This document shows positions 28,771 through 41,800 of a stretch of DNA of 64,000 nt, in pieces. The notes below the pieces were generated by a model, which ran no database searches, had not been told where the DNA came from, and worked only from the letters and a program-made list of their open reading frames with translations. Source of the DNA: Lytechinus pictus (Eukaryota); assembly GCF_037042905.1 (NCBI RefSeq), contig NC_087262.1:13516001-13580000 (forward strand). The letters run 5' to 3'. The translations under genes were made by a program, and so were the position numbers. Position 1 is the stretch's first letter; each line of letters begins with the position of its first letter.

Positions 28771-31700
28771 GTTTTTCTGTCTGTAATATTCAGCTGTATG
28801 ACAGGGTTGAAAATTCTCTTAGCACAGCGCCATAATGACACCATCCAGGTTTTGGATCTTACTAAGCAGTTATAAACAAAAAATTAGTCTAGCACTTTGT
28901 ATTTTCTTTCCAAAGGTTCTGTGACACATTTTCCTGTATTAACACCCCGTAAAATACCATAATCAGTGATATTTCCTTCTGGGAAATAACCACTAGAAAT
29001 ATTATCCCTATTTAATTCCCCCTACAACAATCACCTCCCAGAAAATATCCCCCCCCCGTAAGTGCACCGATTTCAGGCAATTACACCCTATATTATTAGC
29101 AACGCGTCTCGAACAACTAGCCCGTTTGGCAAATAATATACTTTGAATACATACACTTAGATAACCCGATATGAGGTTAAAAGGGAACGTGTTTATTGGT
29201 TGTGCTAAATACCGTCTTACTTTAAATGTCGTCTAACTCTGTATGCATCTCACATATCATTGTTTGCCCTTTCAGTAAAAAAGGGGGAGTACCTTGCATG
29301 CTTTGCCTACTTTGTAACAAACTTGCTAGCTCCTTTTTCTACATATATTGGGTATTAAATCCTCCCCCTTCCCTATAAATGGTCTATGTTCTGCCATCCC
29401 CTGCTCGTTTTACAGAATTCCCAGATATCTGTTATAATAACCACCTATACTATGTTCCATTGTTGCTAAATAGCTAATGTGAACAAAACGAATTCATTGC
29501 TTGCTCTGTCCGTATACCTGGCATGCAGAATTATTTTGTTCTTGTACCAATCCAATTACACTCTCATGAGAACATGACCTTCGAGATCTCAATCAAATGA
29601 AATTGTGTATGCAAGAAGAGCAGTCGGCAAATATTGCAAAGGGGTCTGTGCATTTCCAATGCCAGCGAACATCAATGATGCACAATAATGGCTCTTTTCG
29701 AAATGAAAGTCCAGGGAAGCATCATGTTTTGTATTAGAAAAATTCTCTATGACGAGGTGATTCATTTTGATCGACCAGCAGGGGAGAATTTTAAATAACA
29801 AAAACACATACTGATTTCACTGACTATTGTTTCATACTGGTGGAATTCTAACGTCTAATTGGCTCAAAGCAATTTTCTCAGTAAAATTTGCTTAATAAAA
29901 CATTCCTCAGCTCTGGAGAACATTATTGTATTTTCGTCATATTGCTCATAGTTAAGTATTTACTAGGTGGGCTGGCCGACACTCGAATACCATATAGTTC
30001 GAAATGATATATATATATATAAGACAGTCTTAGATGAAAAATCGAATTTTCCTTGATTCTGTTGTGAATTTCATTTTTTTTTTGTTATGGTGATTAAGAA
30101 GTGGATACAGAAAAGGGGCCTCTTTACTCGTATGCTTATCTCGACAGTTTATTTAGCTGTTGCTGCGTAATTCTGTCTGGCTTGTTATCCTCCGCTGCCG
30201 GAGATGCCAATAAAAGTGCCTCATAAAATGTCCCAAGCAATTAGCCCATGATTCATGAGCCTCGCGTCCACGTAGACGTGCGATCTTCAGCATTGTCCAA
30301 GGACGGCGATGCAAGGCGTCCACACCTTGTTGAAGATAAGAAGGCAGTGAGTGTGTGGGTTTTGCCACCTGTCGGTGCCTCTGGATGCATTCCTTGAGAT
30401 TCCCACTGGCTGCATCAGGTCAGACAGATAATAAGATAGAAAGCGCTAGACATGGTGAGCGCGCAGACGATCTTCGGTGGTGAGGTTTCACAGAAAAATG
30501 GCGAAACTTGAGAGAAAGGTAATGCAAACGGAAATAGCAAGACATTTCATGCGGTGTTATAAATGTCATGGCTACAGAAGGGAAACTGAAAGGTAAAAAC
30601 CTAAGATGGCGAAGAAATACTTCAGGACTAGTATCAAGTATGTGATCGTGGTTAACCAGTAATGCATATGCGGATATAGTGAACACCACGGAATGGATGA
30701 ATAAAGCTAGGGTAGGGCTAGGGTAAAAAGTTGTTTAGACTGAAATACTGTAAGTACTTTATAAGCGGGAGCACGAAGGCAATCTAAAGGAGATCGGGTA
30801 CAAAATTGTAAATCATTTTATTCCAGATAACAATACTGAGAAAAAAGATAGAGCACTTAAAATGATTTGTGTTAATACGACTGAATCAGAGCTCGACCCT
30901 AAGAAAAGTAGACTCTCTACTCCAAATGAAGGTACAATCCGTTTGCATTCAGCATCCTCCCCCCCCCCCCCCAAAAAAAAAAATATCAGTTTCGATCGGG
31001 TGACTTTATGATTATTAACCGAAGCGGTTTATTTGTTGTACAGATAGAGGTGTGTGCATCTAGGATACCAGGTGTGCCCTGAAGTGCATCGAGGCTTCAT
31101 CTTCATATCGGCCGGTAAGACCCGAGGGAATAGATTCGTGACTACCGAAATGCTGATAGATTTGGTTAGTCCCCTGCTAAAATTGCTTCTGATGACGATC
31201 GACATTGTCTGGTCGAGAGGTGGTCGATTCTTCGTGCGAATCCTTCACATGTCTGAATCCTGCAATGATACTCAAAATTCTACAATATTTAAGAAAGATA
31301 ATTCCCGAGTCCTTTGAATGATATATACATGTAGACCTGATGCTACACTTATACCATCATATATACGCATTTACATACATATACATACAAATATATATAT
31401 GTATATGCATATATATATAACTACGTGTTTGAGGATGTGTGTATATGTGTAAAACTACAAGGTCCTTGCAAACCATATAGCTCAGAAGAGTGGCTCTCAT
31501 AAACATTAATCAGTCACAGCTTTCTTATTTCTTGTTTTGTGCCTATTAAAGACGTAAAGATAATTTCCTCGAACAAACGCCTTACTTGGTCTTTCTTCCC
31601 CCCTCTGATACCTTTCTACACTTTCAAGTGTATGAATTACCGTCTCCTTTGCATTTTGATCAAAATGGGAGATTTGAAGCAATCGAATGTTTTAATTATA

Positions 31701-32686
31701 GCGCGTTCAAACCCAATTTCATAAGGTCATGCAATTGCAGTTCTTGTTGTAAAAATATTTCCTAAGCTTGTATAGTTGATGTACAGACTAAGGTACATCT
31801 TATGCGTGTAATATTACTACCAAGTAAATCACTGTACATCGTGTGTGTGGGTGCGCGTGTGTTCATGCTTCGTTGGGCACATAAGTTTGGGACACACTAA
31901 TCTAACGTAACAGCCTATGTGATGCCCGACGATATAAGAGTGTTAAGTGGAAGATACATCCACGCCGCAACTGATTTCCGACAGTACCGTATTATTCGCA
32001 TGGCTAGAACTAAACACGAAAGACACTTACTTTCGCGTTTATACTCTCAGATTACGAAACCTGCCATGTCAGTTTTCTCCATCACGTGGTGGAGACGATA
32101 AAAAAAAATAAAGAAAAAATGGCTTGAAAGTGTATGTCGTATGCACTCAAAACACTCGAAATGCAGTCATCCAGGAATGATCAGTGCCTGGGTAAAAATC
32201 AAAGAAAGTAAATAGGAGGAAAGTACATGCACATCTGCTAATTCATTTTTTAGAGGTAGGCAGCAGGAAAGTGTCAAATATTCGTGCTCATGCCTCGATT
32301 CTGAAATACATTAAAGTACTTCATATTTTATGTTTTGCCAGTGATTTTTCTTTTTTTTTCTGAGAAGTGATGATTATTTCATAACATTGCGTACCAGTCG
32401 GTGCCTGCCAGGTTTGATATTCTAGAGTTTTAGCTGGATCAGCGCCATTTCGTGTTCAATGTAAATTACCGTACTGTACATCAAACGACAAACAGCGTTG
32501 AGATAAATGTATTAAACCCATCATGCTGTATTGTTATTTTCATGGCTATATTCTTATTGTTCTTACTGGTGAACATTGATGCCATGAAAATTATAATTAT
32601 CACTATTTTTGTTGTTATTATTAATATAAATATTGTTATCATTATTATTATGGAATTCGATATAAGGTCACGATGTAACAGCGCCG

Positions 32687-33917
32687 CACAGTGGGCCAGA
32701 ATGAGTTGAAAGTGCGCCAAAATTATATTCCGTGTTAGATTTTTACTTTAACATGTTGAGTATGGGTAATTTTGGGCGTAGAATCGACTGAACATAATTT
32801 AAAGCCGATATGACGTCACCTTGATACCAAATTTTGATTGGCTACTTAAAACATATATGTGAAAAGACAAATTACGCTTAACAATGTGTAGTATATAAAC
32901 TTTGTGTTATGTACTAGTTTAATATTGACCAGAGTGAATGTTGGTTTATGCTTCACGCATGCCTAAAAAGTGTGTATGAGATGCCGAAAATAATTTTATG
33001 GCATCAAAATGATCATTAAATAGATTTATATTAAAAAAAACTTTAAAATCTGAAAAATATTAACCGTGCTTTTATCAATCTGTGTTGACTTGTGTAAAGC
33101 GCAGAGTATATAACACCACGAATGTATTACCATGAGGAGGGTTTTTGGCTGAAATTATTCTACAAGTAAGTTTTATCTCTGGAAGAGTTGTGGGTATAGC
33201 CCTCATTTGCGTTAGCAACCTTTATTTTATTTATATTATGCCCGGAATTTATGTCATTTTCATGGAATGGAAGGGGAGTCGTCCTCGCCGTGCAAAAGCG
33301 AACGGCAATGTACACCCATACGGTGCGCTCCGATGACTGCGCGGTATAAAAATGACCGTTTTTTAGCAGGTTTTGGGGGTGTTGTGTCAAGTAAAATCGG
33401 CTCTAACATGAAAACGGGCAAAAACGGGCAGCTAAATTTGGTATCGACTTAAAGCTTAGACATCGGAAAAAATGATGCTTATAGAATTTAGACGGAAATC
33501 CACGGAAATCTAAACGTTTCTTATGTAAATGCAAAAAACATGGATTTTCAGCCTATTTCGAGGAATAATCATCCTATAAACCTCCTGAAAGGTGTTTTTA
33601 TCTACTTTGAACCCTTTCACACGAAAAAAAGAATATATCAGGATTATGTGGGAGCCATTTCAGATTCCTACAAGAAAAACCTTCTGTGAAATGGCCTGTT
33701 TTTCAACTAGGTTGTCATATACGCGACATTTCGCAAAATGTCACATTTTACGATTTGAGGTAGGAAATTAACAACCTTTATGCAAATTCCAGAATGAAAT
33801 ATTTTGCTGAAGTATTCTTTAAAGTGTTATCTTTCAGCTGGGCATTACAAAAATTAAAAATCTGAAATTGCCCAAAATGACTTTTGGCGCACTTTTGTTT
33901 CGCCCCAGCCCACTGTG
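32687..33917. mobile_element. Non-autonomous Transib/RAG-like DNA transposon (1231 bp) with RSS-like termini
   Basis: Termini CACAGTGGGC...GCCCACTGTG; second TIR block AAAGTGCGCCAAAA at both ends; identical 5-bp GC-rich TSD CGCCG at 32682-32686 and 33918-33922; no transposase ORF inside. Confidence 0.88.
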
Positions 33918-34161
33918 CGCCGTTGTGCATATTAAAGGCCTTTAAGGTACATATCAAATGTCTGCAACTAGGGGTGTGTTCATTGTTGGTTACCAAATTT
34001 AAAGAGCAACATGAATCGTAATTTACATGTAAAACGCAATTAGAGAATATGATGTAAGCGTCGTATACTTCTTGAACTTCCAATTGGAAACTGATAATGA
34101 GGTACTTTGATTTTTAAAAAAAAATACTCCCTTCATGATTATATATATATATATATATATA

Positions 34162-34202
34162 AGTTGCTGATGAACCCTCAGGGGTAAACAGTCTGTACAA
34201 CT
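34162..34202 (+). ncRNA. Minimal type I hammerhead ribozyme-like motif (variant core), probably a Penelope-like element terminal relic
   Basis: AGTTG-CTGATGA-ACCC tcag GGGT-AAAC-AG t CT-GTA-CAACT: helices I, II and III all pair and the cleavage triplet is GUA, but core G12 is absent; flanked by (TA)n at 34140-34161 and ~34239-34264. Confidence 0.5.
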
Positions 34203-37200
34203 AAAATCTAAGCAACTCGCTCCACCCTATTACTATACTATATATATATATATATATATATATAATGGAATACAAACAGGCAATCAGGATTCATGAGACA
34301 CTGGTATATAGAGATGTGGGTCAACTTAATTATCACACGGCCTTCCCGTAATACCATATTGAGATATACAATTTAGAAACTGATTAGCAATTGTTTGTAA
34401 TGGGGGAAATTATCTGAAGAAAGAAAATCATCAACAAACTATCTCCTACAGTATATTTTTTTCTTTTTTATTGAAGGTCTTTCGAAATTAGAAATAAAAT
34501 TGCATCCGGGAATAGTGAAGACCTGTTGAACAACAGGAACAATGCAGGTGAAGGCATGGACTGATCGAACAAGAAAAATAATGGGTTGCACTTTTCATCC
34601 CGTCCATGAACAAGTCAGGCAACTCTTATGTCTGCCAGATTGGAAGAAAGCTATGAATATCATTAATATGTATTACTTATTTCACTCATCGAGGTGATCA
34701 CTTTTCTTCACAAGTCATCCATGTTCAGTCATTGTAATTCTTCCTTCTCTGTTTTCCGCTGTCATGGTTCTGTTGTATTTCTCTTGTACATAATTCTTCA
34801 TTGCCAAACATGATTTTATCTTTCCTAAAACTCTCACGGCCTATAAATGTCAATATGTTCGAAAGCAAAGTTTCTTGACTTTTGTGTTTATTGCAGACGC
34901 ACAAGATTAATACTCATTACTGAACACGAACAATTCTGATTTCAAAATATGCACAGATATAGTTATAGCATCAGAATGTAATGATAATAATAATAACAAT
35001 AACATTAATGATAACAAACTATTACTCACTCACACAAACACCCCCACACACCCACGCCCTCTCACTCGCCAACTGTCTCTTTCCCATATTCAACTTCACA
35101 TTTGAAATTATCATACAGAAAATGATGAAATGAAATAAAATACACTGAATAAATTAAAGATCGAGGTATAACAAAATGAGCTACAATGTTGATACATATT
35201 CCTCCTCTTCAATGTTTTTGAATTATTGCGTATGTTTTTCATGATATATCTTATTTCCCTCACCATTGTTATCATTACGACCATCTCCAGAAATATTATA
35301 ACCCACGCGATTTTTTTATGAGCCATTAATAAATCAATGAAAACAAAATCGGCATGTAGTGTTTAGGCTTTGCCTCCACTGTATTATTTGAACCTTTTAA
35401 TGCATCCTTTCATATATTATTATCGTGATTGCCCCTCCCACGCATTTCTGTTTTTTTTTATTTGATGTAATAGCACAAATTCACTCTGTATTTCCCTCCG
35501 CCTTTTCTGTAATTATCATGCATGTTATAATCATTCAATGCAAGGAAGATTTTGGACACAAATTTAGATTCTGCTAAGCTTTTTTTTTTAATGCAACGAA
35601 AGATGAAACATTTCGTCTTCTCCATAACAAATATCAGTCATTTTTAAAAGTAATATAAACCAGTGTACGGTCTGGTGTATGTCATTATGGCCGATCTCCT
35701 TGAATGCTAATTTCATAATTATTTTGAGGAACATGCAGACATTAATTTATAAGCTATGTTCTTATGCAGGTTCCTTCATATTTCACTTTTTTACTGCCAT
35801 TGTCATAATCTTCTGTATTCTGGATGTAATCAAATGTATTTCTTGTATTATGTTAATATTTTATATATATATATTTTGTGAAGTATAAAAATAGATTCAA
35901 TTTAATCAATACTCAAATTCATGCATATCTGCATTTGTATACTTGCCATTTCGACGCAATGAGTGTTGCTTTAGATGGACGCTAAATTATTTACCTGTAC
36001 CTACATGTACATACACGTACACACATTACATTCAATGTTAAAATGTGTATTCCTAGTCACATTTGGCATTAGAACATCAACTTTTCATTTACTCTCGCTA
36101 TGCTTATGCCAGCCCAACACATTTACACTGAAACAGGCATCACTCACCTTCCAAAAGTATTCACACTCACAATGACACACTAAACAATAAAGTACATTCA
36201 TTTACATATGTCTATTCTACTTGTAGCTTATGTCACACTCATAATTTTACCGTCATTACACTCACTGGTACAATATGTATATCAGGGCTACACACATTTA
36301 CACTGGCATCCACATGGGTAAATTACATTCACGCTTACTATCAATGTGTATTTCACCTCACATTTTCAATAGCAGACGCAAAAGCGAATTACATCCACTT
36401 TTACAATGCGTATGCGAGGTTACACCCACACTCACATTTGTATTGACGTATTAAGCACATTACTTGTATGATGAAATGAATTTAAAAATGAAAGTTCAAC
36501 TTTATACACTCGCAAGGTGTTTATCACACTCACATTGTTACAACTACTTACGCATATCATTTGTGTTCACAGTACATGCGCGATTTATAGCTTACACGAC
36601 CCCACCCACACACACGCTGCTATTCCACAAACCTCTCAAAATCCAGCAACTTGTTAGCACTCTACAAGCTTCAGGATATTACTCGCACAGTCGATACGAT
36701 TTCAGACCCTGACCTGAGCTTTTATTTAGCCTCGCATTTGCATTTATTCGTCTTGGCGGATGAAACTCTGAATGGCTTTCCTTTTACAGACTCCATATAG
36801 CTTTTTTATTTCGCTCAATTTTCTTATAAACGCGGGAAGAGCATCTGCTAACTTTCTCAAGGCAAAATATGCACTTGCACTGGCTTTCGATCCCTTCAAC
36901 TGGAGAATAAAGGATTTACACATTTATTTTATTTTTTACCAACGTTTCATTCCCTGTGTCCTTTAAAAGGCCAAAGTATTCCATAAACCGAAACTACTTG
37001 GCCAGAAGAATCATAAAAATCAGAAGAAAAAATCAAAACGTATGATTTTTATTAGCCTTTTTTGGTGGTATTACGGTGATTGTTTTACTACAAGAATATG
37101 CCTGTATTTATGTCAATGTGTTTGGTACAGTTCTTTTGTTATCACAAAATACAATAACTACATGTATCTTACTATTTACTGTGTCATATTGTTATCTCGA

Positions 37201-37339
37201 ATATCACGTTTCGTAGTCGGGTTTATTTTTTTTTATTCCCCCCCCCCTTTTTTTCTGCGATTTGTACCGTGAAGTGTTTTATTGTTGTTGTTGTTGTTGT
37301 TCGTCTCCTACGCAAGTTCATCCATATCCCCGTAAAACA

Positions 37340-37690
37340 CTCCATACACGTCATCACACACACGCCCACCTCACACACATATAGACGCAATCCTAGGCAG
37401 TCCTAGCGTAAATTATGCCCACGGAAGAAACTTGATCTGTACAAAATGTTTTATTTCTGGTTTCAATTTTCCCTATGGTAATGGACTACACAAGCACCAT
37501 ACGCACAATACACTTACACATTAACACACCCACACCCGCACCATAACTTACACTCCGACCTACGTACAGACACACATATCCACAATTCCACATACTCATT
37601 GAGGACGTCAATCAGGTCTACGGAAGAAACTAGATCTCTGAAAAGGTGCTTTACTTTGGGGTTCAGTTTACCCCATGATCATGCATGACG
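37340..37690. repeat. Diverged tandem duplication, about 200-bp period
   Basis: ACGGAAGAAACT(T/A)GATCT...TTCA.TTT.CCC.ATG at 37421 and 37620, each preceded by CA-rich sequence. Confidence 0.6.
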
Positions 37691-38782
37691 TGTACTTGTG
37701 CCTTCGTCGTCTTTATAACGCATAGTTTTTCTTAAATATTCGTACGCACAAAGAATAAACCAAGATAATGCTTTCTACGTCGTCTTGAGATTAAGGGATT
37801 CTCGTCGAATATGCAAGGGATGATTGGTCTCGGAAACACGATCCGATGTACACGTTATAAGTATGACACTTTCTATTTTTTTTTTCTCTCTCTCTATATA
37901 TATCTAGTTTTCTCTCCCCTCTCTATCTCCAATTTTATCATTCATTTCTCCTTTTGTTTTTTTTGTTCCTTTCCTTATTTCAAGTTCATAAGTTCATAAA
38001 ATTGATTTCCACTTTCGTACATGCACATAAAAGATGTCAAAAAACACCATTACATAGTAAAATCACTTAACATCAGAATACAAAGCAAATAGAAAAATCG
38101 TTTCCTCCTTCTTCTTCTCATTGTCATTCCTCTTCTTCTTCTTGTTCTATTTATTTTCCTTCATCATAATCTTATTTCTCTTCATCTTCTTTTCTCGTCA
38201 CAATTCACAAAGCCCAATTTATTTACATTTTCTCGTTACATTGTATTTGAATCTGGCGGTTCCTGTGTGAAAGCTAATACGAATCACAACATTTTCTAGG
38301 CAATGAGTCAACAACCAAAAATATATTATTTCCCAATTGCTGTCATCCCCATTCAGAATAAATTCATGCCGTAATCATGATCACGAAGAATAGGGCACTA
38401 TTATTCTAAAATGGATGCAAGAACTCGAATATTGTGTCAATTCAATGCCACAAGGCTTCAAAAATTGTGATCATGAAAATGGCGCCATTTTGGAAATCAT
38501 CGAATCCAACGGCGCAACACGTAGCAGCATGCAGACATCGACAGACTGACCTCTGCTTCTAATTTCCATTAGCAAAACCTCTGCGGCTTCTGCTGCTCCT
38601 TTTCTGCTGCTCTATGTGTTTTCTCTCCATCGTTCTTCCTTTCCGATTAATAGGATGCAATGCACATCACATGAATTAAATCAGTTTAATGGACTTGCGG
38701 TCAGCCGAGGGGAGAATGCGATAAAATGTAGAATTTTCTTGTTTTATTGCGAGCCCCCTCTCCCTCCTCTTTATATCTTCAT

Positions 38783-38799
38783 ACACACACACACACACA

Positions 38800-38836
<37 letters not shown>
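38783..38836. repeat. (CA)n plus (CT)n compound microsatellite
   Basis: Direct reading. Confidence 0.9.
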
Positions 38837-38840
<4 letters not shown>

Positions 38841-41800
38841 TCTATCTCTCCCTTTCTCTTCCCCTCCCCTCCCAAACCCATCCCTCTCTCACTCCTATCT
38901 CTAGTTTGTTCCATACGTCGAATTCTATATATCAATATAGGACAGTGCGGTAGCAAAGGGGGCAGGGACGATCCCCTTTATGATTTTTTGCTCCAAGTAA
39001 TTCGGGAGCGATTAAAATTGAGGAAGAAAATGGGAAAAGGAGAAATAGTGTGAAAGGAAAGTTATAGGTCGAGTTATCCTATAACATCACTAAAGTTCAG
39101 TTTAGGAAAAATATGACATCGCCCTCAGGGTGTCTTGAACCCCCTCCCCCCCCCCCCCCTCTTCAAAATATTCGGGTACCGCCCCCTGTATACGGTAGTA
39201 TCATTTTGATCGTCAGTTGAAGTGCAATTTAGCTCTATTCACCCCTCCCATTCTCCGTTCATACATATCCTTTTGCTCAGCCGCGTTTCGTGCAAGGATG
39301 AAATTAAAGGTAAACATTCGCCTTTCAGCAAAATCAATAAAATTAGTAGAAAGGAAAGTGAAGAGGAAATAGAACGCCCATGATCTTCAAAGACGCCACT
39401 TTTCTCTCTTTTGTGGCTTTATGAAACTTCAGTGATTGACATGCTCGTGTGATCAGTATGTTTGCTATTCTCGGCCAAGATTTTATTCATTTTACGTTTT
39501 TTGTCTTCTTCCTCCTCTTTTTACCAGAAAGGAAGGCTAGAAGGTATGGATGACTTGCATTCTTTGTGTGACTAAGTATGTAGATATCATACATGTAAAT
39601 TGTCAGTGAAAAAAATAGAAAAAATGAATTAAAGTTTACATTTGTAAGGCCTAAATTCGTTTTTTTTTTTTTCGGTAGACAGTTGTACACCACATCATGA
39701 AAGTTAATTCCTGGAACGTAACTATTTTTCTCTTTATTTTTTGTTTTGTTTTTTGCATTGGGGATGCAATATATTCAAGAAAATAATGTAAACGTGAAAG
39801 CAAAACGGCCTAGGTAATTGCGATTGGGGAATTCGCATTTTTTAGACAACTGCACCTTCCGGATGGATATTGTAGGGATAAAATATAAGTAATTTTTGTA
39901 AAACTGTTTTATGTGGTCTATTCAATCTCCATGAACAATAGAAATTTAAAAGTCAAATTGCCAATGGGTGTCCCCATATTAACCAGCTATACTTTTGTAA
40001 AACGCCTTAGTACAGAAATAGAATGTAAAATATTGTATTGGGATTAGATGACACAATGTAGCATTAGAGAAATTAAAATGGATGATCTAGCGTTTACGAT
40101 TCCAGTAAGGTAACTGACAGGACTAAATGATACACTAAGTTTCTTGGACGAAAGTTTAGCGAAAGTGATATAAACTTTGAATGGTGTTTATAGAACCAAG
40201 CCGTTAAATAGTTTGGTCTGTGACTGTTAACGGTCCGGTATTATTGACAAAACGTGGTTGTCTTATCGCAGATGTCACGTTCTGGAGATGTTGTCTTACA
40301 ATCCTACAAATATCACAATACTTGATTTAATTAATGCCATTGTAAAGTAGTAGCGATACGTGATGAATACCAAAATAAAGCTGAGAGTATCTGCCCATGA
40401 ACATGATAGACAATATACCTTCAAATGAAGATTTATCTAATACTAGTACTGTTACATTCCTTTTTTAAAGAATAGCAAAACGAGCATTGTAGACAGAGCC
40501 GAGACAGCACTCTCACACAATAACTACCACGGCGTTCTCCTGTTTTGATAAATGTCAGATCTTATTGCCGAACCTTCTGCATTTTGGCGGGAAGATGAAG
40601 AGTATCTTTCATTCTTGGTCGTCTGCTTTGTAAACGGAGGCGGAAATGAAAGAGACAAGGGCTGTACAGCTGAGTGTAACGAAAGTGTACTTCAAATAAA
40701 TGTATTCATTTTCCGCATTGATATAAAGAGGTATCTTTAGAAAAATGAGCAGTGCTTTTCGTGTAGGCCTACAGGTAATTCTTAGACCACTACATTTTAC
40801 AGTGTGAGGTATTGGATCCGAGATATAATGTTTCACTCTACATCACTTTTCATAAAAGTTGCCAACTTGTTCAATGATGGCCGAACTCGAGCGTAACGTG
40901 ATTTTACTTATTCATGCACTATCTAATTTTTTGCATAATTTTAATGAGCTTATGACTTATACGTAAGTCCTACATATGTTGTTTCCGTGTAATTGGTAAC
41001 ATCTAGTCCACGAGAGGGCGCCATACCCGTATAAAAATATATTCATGGACAGGCTGGTCATCATATTCATCGAAGGTGGACCGGCTGGGAAAATACACAG
41101 ATTTCGATCATATCACGTGACGCGCTATGTACCAATTGCGCTTGGCTATCTAATATAAGCTCATGCTTGTCAAATGGAAACCATTTCCCTTTTCCTCTCA
41201 TAAATTAAAGGGATAGAAAAAAATATTGCTGAGTTCCCATGGACATGTAATGTGGCAAATGAGTGCCCAATCGATATAAAATGTGTATCGAAAAAGCTCG
41301 GATGTCGTGTCAAGAAATTCAGTAGGAAATACAACTTGAAATAGTGTTAAATCGGAGCTCGGTATATTTAATGGGGAAGTGCATGTTGTAGGTCCTATTT
41401 GATATCCAGGATCTTATTTTTTTTTAATAAAAACTGCATGGATGATACCCTGAACTTTGAGAACTGTATTTCGATAACCATCATCCCACCCTCCTCTTCC
41501 TCATCCTCCTACCATACCCAAACGACATTTACTTTAACACTGTCCACGTCAAGCCATTGTCCATATGACCATGATTTGCAGAGGGAATTGAAAGTAGGCA
41601 TTTTTCCGCTGTCTGGTGCCTGGGTGTACATCCCTTGACACGTGAAACATGAGATTTTTGGAGTTCAAGTCAAGTTAAAACGCCTTATCCTTTTTCACTC
41701 GATTTTCTTCGCCATCTGATTAAATTGTTGCAGTACGATTGAGGTCCTGATAGCACAACTTCTGATTTTCAATTGGCAATGCACAAAACATTTAGTTTGT

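Noticed and set aside
33145-33452. ORFs inside the Transib-like element as transposase or RAG remnants
   Set aside because: Short, with no recognisable RAG1/Transib motifs; a translated search would be needed to exclude a faint relic.
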